This document shows positions 63,417 through 64,000 of a stretch of DNA of 64,000 nt, in pieces. Source of the stretch: Felis catus (lineage: Eukaryota); contig NC_058368.1 in the NCBI RefSeq assembly GCF_018350175.1, positions 125,614,001 to 125,678,000 on the forward strand. The letters are read 5' to 3'. The position numbers were made by a program, and so were the translations under genes. Position 1 is the stretch's first letter. Each line of letters begins with the position of its first letter. The notes below the pieces were generated by a model. It did not search any database and was not told the DNA's origin. It saw only the letters and a program-made list of their open reading frames with translations.

Positions 63417-64000
63417 AAATAATAGATTATTGGTTGAAGTAGAAGAACAGGGATATTTATGTTAATATGACTTTTTCTTGCCCCTTAATCCTTTAAAATC
63501 TTGAAGGTAAACTATACACAATGTTTGTATGCTGTTTGCTGATAGATTATCATGCTGAACTCTGTAGAGTAAGGTACACATTTCTCACTGTATTATTTTC
63601 ATAAGCAATTCATTCAATTTTATTTGTGAAGGATCCCATACCATCATCTTTAGTACAAGAGTGAAGTTTTATATCTTCTTTCCATATATACCACTTACCA
63701 CAACCTTTCCAAGATCCAAGGGGAACATTTCTAATTGAGATTTGAGTTTATAACTTAATCTAAACATAGAAAGGAAACTGCGTATCATAAAGCCAGATAC
63801 CCCCTCTGTATGGCAAATAAGGCTTAATTCTCTGGAGTCACAAGGTCATGGGAAAGTGATTTTGGTCCCCGATGACCCCTGAACCTCAAACTGAAAGGTA
63901 CACATTCTCTACTCTGCCATGGCTTCCTTGCATTGTATTGGGCCATGTCAACAGGAGCAAGTGCTCAGATCTCAGTAAAACACATAGACTCCACGGCCTA

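Noticed and set aside
1..64000. A novel prokaryote-style system (CRISPR array, retron, defence or RT-associated operon)
   Set aside because: The sequence is mammalian. The only RT/endonuclease is canonical L1 ORF2, and there is no repeat-spacer array or gene-dense operon.

Overview
This is eukaryotic, not prokaryotic, DNA: AT-rich mammalian sequence from a carnivore, very probably a cat-family genome, judged from about 15 Can-SINEs (SINEC_Fc-like, tRNA-derived head, (CT)n linker, A-tail) and felid-type L1 3' ends. It reads as intergenic or deep intronic. I recognise no cellular protein-coding exon, RNA gene, operon or CRISPR array. The only ORFs with recognisable homology are broken L1 ORF1/ORF2 pieces; the rest of the ORF track is noise from repeats. 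The centrepiece is a dead, full-length minus-strand LINE-1 (about 25485-33674) that split an old MLT1 LTR. It carries a ~100-bp 3' transduction ending in a second A-tail and later received two younger L1 insertions of one subfamily in opposite orientations ~130 bp apart. Also present are a SINE nested head-on in another SINE, an orphan poly(A) insertion with target-site duplication (TSD), multi-level nests of ancient elements (MIR, L2, hAT MITEs, MADE2, MLT1/MLT2/LTR16/LTR33, old L1 ORF1), several microsatellites and a few repeat-poor blocks that may be conserved non-coding elements. I found no evidence for a previously undescribed biological system; the notable observations are retrotransposition mechanics. 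Repeat family names come from my memory of consensus sequences, and boundaries of old repeats are approximate (tens of bp).
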